Positions 58,930-64,000 of a stretch of DNA of 64,000 nucleotides are shown piece after piece. Where the stretch lies: positions 59,590-123,589 of the forward strand of contig PFAH01000002.1 of assembly GCA_002773725.1 (NCBI GenBank). Direction: 5' to 3'. Positions within the stretch are counted from its first letter, which is position 1. Each line of letters begins with the position of its first letter. The position numbers and the translations under genes were made by a program. The notes beneath the pieces are model-generated. The model did no database searches. It saw only the letters and a program-made list of their open reading frames with translations, and had not been told where the DNA came from. This stretch comes from Candidatus Colwellbacteria bacterium CG10_big_fil_rev_8_21_14_0_10_42_22. GTDB lineage: Bacteria > Patescibacteriota > Minisyncoccia > UBA6257 > Colwellbacteraceae.

Positions 58930-60876
58930 CTATTCCTGGTCGTCCAAGAAAACCGCAGGAGTTCTAAACTCTCCAAGGTTGAGGGTGTACGTAAGAGTAC
59001 CTGTAGCATCTGTCAGGTTATACCTTAGACTGCTCAACGACATGTCTAGGTATCCATCCGCAAGGTCGTCGTCACCATCGCCAACACGGCCAATGACGCT
59101 GAACCTTTCGGTTTGACCCTCCAGTACTGTAAATGCGCTTGCACTTTCACTCGCACCACTATCGGTCCTAATGTCAGTTGTCAGCGTACCTGTGCTGACA
59201 GACGTAGTAACATTGGACTCTGTCGTTCCTGCACGAGTTGGGCTCGTAGCATCGATGAAGATACTTCCGCCCCACGCAGTTACATCAAATGTAATGGTGT
59301 ATTCAGCAGAATCGCTAGTTCCCGTAGAGGCGTTTCCAGCGGTCTTTACAGCTGTCGGAGTCCCTACAAGCGCTATGTCAAATCCTACATCACGAATCTC
59401 GTTTGCTTCACCAGCTGCCGAACCGGTTATCTGGGCATCAGCCAACTGAGTGTTAGATTCGTCTCTTACATCAACGAGAGCGGTTTGGTCAGTTTCGGTC
59501 TCTCCAAGCGTAGCTTGGATTGTGTCACCAACATCAGGGTCTTCATCCAGACCTCTAATGGTAACCTCAATCTGTCCACTGACGGTCTCGCCAGCAGGGT
59601 GAGTGAAGTTAACATCATCAAACAAGATATCCTCGTCGGTACCTACACTGATATCATCAGCATCATCCTGGTAAGAAGCCGTACCATAATCTTCCCCGTC
59701 AAGGACGAGGTAGATCTGCGGTGAAGTACCACCAGCGATGAAATCGTCAACGTCAGCACTACCCGTCACGTCAAGGTTGACGCCAAACTCATTGTATTCA
59801 AGGTCTGTGTCTCCCTTGTTCTCCAACTCGAAGTCAAGGATGGTTACTCGAGTGTTCTCCGTGGCGTGCACGTCAACTAAGTGTGCCTTGTTAACGGCAT
59901 CATTGTCAGCCAACGTAATATGGAGTTCCAAGCTACTCGCTGTAGCAAATGTCTCGAACGAGAAGGTTCGAGTACCTGTGCCTGGGTCTTCAGAAACTGA
60001 AGAACCAGCAGCGTCCATGTAACGAACTTGGGTGAAATCAACTGTCCAGGTTTCGGTTACATCGTTTGAATCGATGTTCCTAGCACCTGAAACAGCTACT
60101 ACTAATTCTCCTTTTTCACCTTCTTCAACAACTGCGCCGCTATCCAAGGCAATCGTGGACTGGAAAGCATTGTCGTCATTAAAGTCATCCGCGTCTACGC
60201 GACCAAACTCTTCTCCATCAAGCCAGATAGAGACCTCGTCAGCGTATTCCTCGAAGTCGTTGTCGGCTGTTCCTTGGTCAAAGTTGACCCTAACAGCTTT
60301 GAGCTCTAAATCAGAGTCGATGGCCTCTACTTCAAGACCGGAAACCTCTACGTCATCAGCGCCTTCGCCAACCTCTTCGCCGGACCAAGTAGAGAGCAAC
60401 TTGTAATCAGCTGAACCAGAACCACCTTCTAAACCACTAGATGTTCCAGGTGTTTCTGGTGTAGCGGGTGTACTGCTACACAATGTGTTGTACTTGGCTC
60501 TTGAAATTGGACCGAAGTATCCAACTGCTGGGGCTATACCATTGGCAGCCTGCCAAGCAGCTACAGCGGTCTGAGTGATCGGACCGAAGTAACCAGTGGC
60601 TCCACCTGCAAAGGTGAAGTGTCCAGTGCCTTGAAGATAATTCTGCAAGGTGGTTACGTCTGGACCCGTTGAACCTACTGTGAGGTCCACATTAAAGGCA
60701 TAGCAAGCAGTTGTGCTAGTACCACCTGTCAAAGCTGCCAATTGTGCTGTAAGTGTGGCAATTTGTGCCTGTAATTCAGCAATAGTAACAGCGCCAGCAA
60801 CAGGAGCTAAAACACCTGCACCAGCTAGAGACAGAACGGTAGCAATTGATATGCCTATTGTTCCTAATTTTCTCAT
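58930..60876 (-). CDS. Secreted acidic surface protein with a peptidoglycan-binding domain (S-layer candidate)
   Basis: Signal peptide, TIAELQAQIA coil, LTVGSTGPDVTTLQ.YL...GYFGPIT, beta-rich Thr/Asp body. Confidence 0.85.
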   Translation of the reverse strand: MRKLGTIGISIATVLSLAGAGVLAPVAGAVTIAELQAQIATLTAQLAALTGGTSTTACYAFNVDLTVGSTGPDVTTLQNYLQGTGHFTFAGGATGYFGPITQTAVAAWQAANGIAPAVGYFGPISRAKYNTLCSSTPATPETPGTSSGLEGGSGSADYKLLSTWSGEEVGEGADDVEVSGLEVEAIDSDLELKAVRVNFDQGTADNDFEEYADEVSIWLDGEEFGRVDADDFNDDNAFQSTIALDSGAVVEEGEKGELVVAVSGARNIDSNDVTETWTVDFTQVRYMDAAGSSVSEDPGTGTRTFSFETFATASSLELHITLADNDAVNKAHLVDVHATENTRVTILDFELENKGDTDLEYNEFGVNLDVTGSADVDDFIAGGTSPQIYLVLDGEDYGTASYQDDADDISVGTDEDILFDDVNFTHPAGETVSGQIEVTIRGLDEDPDVGDTIQATLGETETDQTALVDVRDESNTQLADAQITGSAAGEANEIRDVGFDIALVGTPTAVKTAGNASTGTSDSAEYTITFDVTAWGGSIFIDATSPTRAGTTESNVTTSVSTGTLTTDIRTDSGASESASAFTVLEGQTERFSVIGRVGDGDDDLADGYLDMSLSSLRYNLTDATGTLTYTLNLGEFRTPAVFLDDQE

Positions 60877-61188
60877 TTATTTTAATTTGTATTTTTACTT
60901 TTTAGCTTGCGCTAAAATTTTCTCAGGATCTTTTACTCCAAGAACATGCCATCGACCAAAGACAATGTTTGGAAAATCCCCTAGCAGTTTTTTGTGCCAC
61001 AACTTGCGCTAGGCAGTCGTGGACTTTTGCGGTTTTTAATTTCCGCTTGCAAGCGGGACAAGCCGCTACTTAAAGCCCGACAGGCGGACCTTTGTAGATC
61101 AACCGACCTGCCATCCTATGGTTTAAACTGCTAGAATCCTCGCGCCATATAGCGCAGAAGATAAATCCCTTTACAGGGACTTAGAGCA

Positions 61189-61217
61189 ATTCTAGTACAT
61201 CAAGCTACAAGCAACAA
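61189..61217 (-). promoter_or_regulatory. Probable promoter of the S-layer-like gene, giving a ~305-nt leader
   Basis: TTGTTG-17-TAGAAT, followed directly by a hairpin. Confidence 0.55.
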
Positions 61218-61323
61218 GCCCCCTAAAAGGGTGAGCTGTGGAAAAGCTCTTTGGCTCTTGCTTACACTTTACAACGTGCGCTTAAGCCCCTGTGTTACAC
61301 CAAAATATGGCTTAAAAACACGA

Positions 61324-62022
61324 TTATTCAAAAGTGTCAAAAATTCCTACTTTGGGGCCAGAAAGAAGAATTGTTGATCCTTCTTCTATATTTACATGAT
61401 CATTATCCTGCTCTCCTTCCTTATTATATATAGTATCTCTACCCCCCTCTTTTATGGCCTTTAAATAGCTATATGGACCCCTACTCCCAATTCTCTCTAT
61501 GCGCCCTTCCCTTATAAGAGATGATATATCATTGCGAAGAGTCCTCTTGCTAACCTCCCCGAATCTAGTCGCAAGATCGGACATACGGCAATTGCCATCA
61601 AATTGCCGTATGAATTCCAGTATTTCCGTTTGCCGTTTACTTGGCTCTTTGCCAGACCTGGTTTCATTGCCGTTTGAAATTTCCTTTTTAAACGGCAACT
61701 CTTGGCTGTTTTTCTCAAACATTCCGGATATATCTTCATCCGGCATTTCTTCCATATATTCAGCCACTAAAAGCTCCTTGAGGTTGGCGAGCTCTCTATT
61801 TAGAACACTTGTATTAATATCGCTTATTTCCTCAAGAGAATTGGCTAAATTGATTAATCTTTCCAGTTTGTGAATAGAGCTCTCGTCAACGTATGTAGAA
61901 AGCTCAACTGCCGACATTTCTAATTCTTTCCTTAAAAAGGCATGTTCAATTAATGCACTCACGCGGAAAACGGCAAAACTAATATCATGCACTAACTCGG
62001 CAATATATGAGTTCCGAAACAT
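61324..62022 (-). CDS. Hypothetical protein with a C-terminal DeoR-like winged HTH
   Basis: RQTEILEFI...VSKRTLRNDISSL...GRIERIG; TTGCCA-17-TATTTT ends 7 nt before ATG 62022. Confidence 0.75.
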   Translation of the reverse strand: MFRNSYIAELVHDISFAVFRVSALIEHAFLRKELEMSAVELSTYVDESSIHKLERLINLANSLEEISDINTSVLNRELANLKELLVAEYMEEMPDEDISGMFEKNSQELPFKKEISNGNETRSGKEPSKRQTEILEFIRQFDGNCRMSDLATRFGEVSKRTLRNDISSLIREGRIERIGSRGPYSYLKAIKEGGRDTIYNKEGEQDNDHVNIEEGSTILLSGPKVGIFDTFE

Positions 62023-62071
62023 CGGCAATAAAATACCAAACTTGCCTATAAATGGCAAGTATTAGGAAAGA

Positions 62072-63646
62072 TTATCTCAAATAGTTGAAAAGACCTATAC
62101 CAGTCATTTCTGAGGGCTTGGGAATACCCATTAATTCCAAAACGGTTGGGGCAACATCAGATATAACACCTGTATTTATCTTCTCTATCTCATCTGCTTG
62201 GGCCTCACTTTTTGGTCTTTCATATCCTCCGGCTACTACATAGATTGGCACAGGCGAAATGTTGTGTCCCGTTTCCGCCATACCCGTTCTAATATCTAAC
62301 ATCTTATCTGCATTGCCATGATCCGAAGTTATCACCATCACAGACCCCGAGCTCAAAACCGCTCTCATTAAAAGACCGACCTGTTCGTCTATATAATTAA
62401 TTGCCTTTATGGTTGCTTCAAAATCTCCCATGTGAGCCATCACATCTGCATTGGCAAAGTTGATTAATATAAAGTCGTAAACGCCTTCGTTAATGGCAGT
62501 TAATGCCCGAGAGCCAACTTCCCTCACCCTCATCTCTGGGTGCTCTGTGATTTTCGCCTCTTCTCTGGAGGGCACCACTACTCTGTATTCATTCTTATAC
62601 GGCATCTCGTGCATACCATTAAAAAAGTATGTGACATGAGCGTATTTTTGGCTTTCGGTTAATCTAAGCTGAACCTTACCCGCATCCGCCAACACCTTTC
62701 CTAGGGGCATTTCAACATTATCCGCCGGAAAGGCGATGGGTAAATTAAATCGATCGCCGTAGTTTGTGAATGTAACGAGATGAAGGTCTTTGGGAATTAA
62801 GTGTTTTTGCGCCTCCACTATGCCCATTGCCGGGTTAGCCCTCCCCCCCGCCTCCTCGTCTATAAACATTTCTGTAATTTGACGCATATTGTCCTCTCGG
62901 AAATTGAAGAACACTACACTATCGCCGTCTTTAATCTTTAATTCATCGCTTATAAGGGTTGGATTTATAAATTCGTCTGTTAAGCCCCTTTCATAGAAAG
63001 ATTCTAAAAGGGTGGGAATCGTATTTTCTCCGAGGATATTCTTTGAAACGCCCACCATCGCCTCATACGCTCTTTTTGTACGGTCCCAATGCAGATCTCT
63101 ATCCATAGCAAAGTGGCGTCCCGACAAACTGGCAATCTTTTCTTGGGGTACTTTGTTTATTAAATTCAGAGCTCCTTTGGGAGCGCTATTAATCCCGTCT
63201 GTAAAAAGATGTAGGGCAAAACCCATCTGCTTTTGTTGCATCAATTCAATTAATGCCTGTAGGTGTTCTAGAGAAGAATGGTCGCTTCCCGCACTTAAAA
63301 GTCCCACCAGATTTACCTTGGCGCCGTTTTCTTTAGCATGGTTTATGGCGCGCATGAGCTCTTCGTTTTCAAAAAAGGTTTTATCCTTAATAGCTAAGCT
63401 AATGCGTGGATAGTCCTGATATAGAACCTTGCCTGCGCCCAATGTTAAGTGTCCAACCTCGGAACTGCCCGGCTCATTCCAAGGAAGACCCACCGCAATT
63501 CCTGATGCCTGCAGGGTGCCTGCTGGATAGTTCAAACGAATATGGTTTAGATTCTTGGGCTCTGCTTTATATATAGAATTGGATGCGTCCTTCTTGCCAA
63601 CACCCCAGCCGTCCAAAATTAGTAGTACCAAAGTTTGCTTTCGCAT
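62072..63646 (-). CDS. gpmI: 2,3-bisphosphoglycerate-independent phosphoglycerate mutase
   Basis: LILDGWG, AVGLP...GSSEVGH, AMDRD, KYAHVT, TSDHGNA, DVAPT. Confidence 0.95.
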   Translation of the reverse strand: MRKQTLVLLILDGWGVGKKDASNSIYKAEPKNLNHIRLNYPAGTLQASGIAVGLPWNEPGSSEVGHLTLGAGKVLYQDYPRISLAIKDKTFFENEELMRAINHAKENGAKVNLVGLLSAGSDHSSLEHLQALIELMQQKQMGFALHLFTDGINSAPKGALNLINKVPQEKIASLSGRHFAMDRDLHWDRTKRAYEAMVGVSKNILGENTIPTLLESFYERGLTDEFINPTLISDELKIKDGDSVVFFNFREDNMRQITEMFIDEEAGGRANPAMGIVEAQKHLIPKDLHLVTFTNYGDRFNLPIAFPADNVEMPLGKVLADAGKVQLRLTESQKYAHVTYFFNGMHEMPYKNEYRVVVPSREEAKITEHPEMRVREVGSRALTAINEGVYDFILINFANADVMAHMGDFEATIKAINYIDEQVGLLMRAVLSSGSVMVITSDHGNADKMLDIRTGMAETGHNISPVPIYVVAGGYERPKSEAQADEIEKINTGVISDVAPTVLELMGIPKPSEMTGIGLFNYLR

Positions 63647-63738
63647 ATACATCCAGTTTATCACACCCACACTTCCAAAAGTTGTAAGAGTTACCCTTCT
63701 CGTGATAAGCTTTTGGGCGAAGCTAATACAACTTATTA

Positions 63739-63960
63739 ATGAACACAATTACCGTTTTGCAACTTATAGCCGGCGTCGTCACCATCGTATTGATTTTACT
63801 TCAACAACGTTCATCCGGGGCTGGCGGTCTTTTTGGCGGAGGTGGTTCGGGGGGATTCTATCAACGTCGTAGAGGAATAGAAAGAACACTTTTTATGGCC
63901 ACCATTGGTTCTGTTGCTATATTTACGTTGCTTTCAATTGCAAATCTGATTCCTAACTAA
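63739..63960 (+). CDS. secG: Preprotein translocase subunit SecG
   Basis: LILLQQR..GAGGLFGG...RRGIERTLF. Confidence 0.92.
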   Translation: MNTITVLQLIAGVVTIVLILLQQRSSGAGGLFGGGGSGGFYQRRRGIERTLFMATIGSVAIFTLLSIANLIPN

Positions 63961-64000
63961 TAATCCCCTACACCCCGGGAGAATGAAGATCTTTTTTAAG

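Overview
This 64 kb window looks like a Patescibacteria (CPR), probably Parcubacteria, chromosome. It uses the standard code (TGA is a stop) and most genes lie on the minus strand. In order it holds: a type IV pilus cluster; a stand-alone 16S rRNA that lacks the anti-Shine-Dalgarno (SD) tail; an FN3-repeat surface protein; rpmE and a prfA with no domain 1; a lytic transglycosylase; rplY; a gap-rpiB-rpe-tkt-pfkB-fba operon; five tRNA loci around a CCA-adding enzyme (one disrupted by a 30-bp palindrome); recG; a lamin-tail-domain protein; glutaredoxin and trxB; a roughly 26 kb glycan locus (GDP-heptose pathway, methyltransferases, three tandem O-oligosaccharyltransferase-like genes) next to an S-layer-like gene; gpmI and secG. 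Two observations stand out. First, there are two gene classes. Many core genes look leaderless and lack SD sites, whereas four GC-rich ORFan cassettes carry sigma70-like promoters, SD sites and 3' hairpins that this 16S could not pair with. Second, an unannotated, heavily structured ~350-nt transcription unit at 22267-22622 has a perfect promoter and a terminator. All calls are by eye; no searches or folding programs were run.
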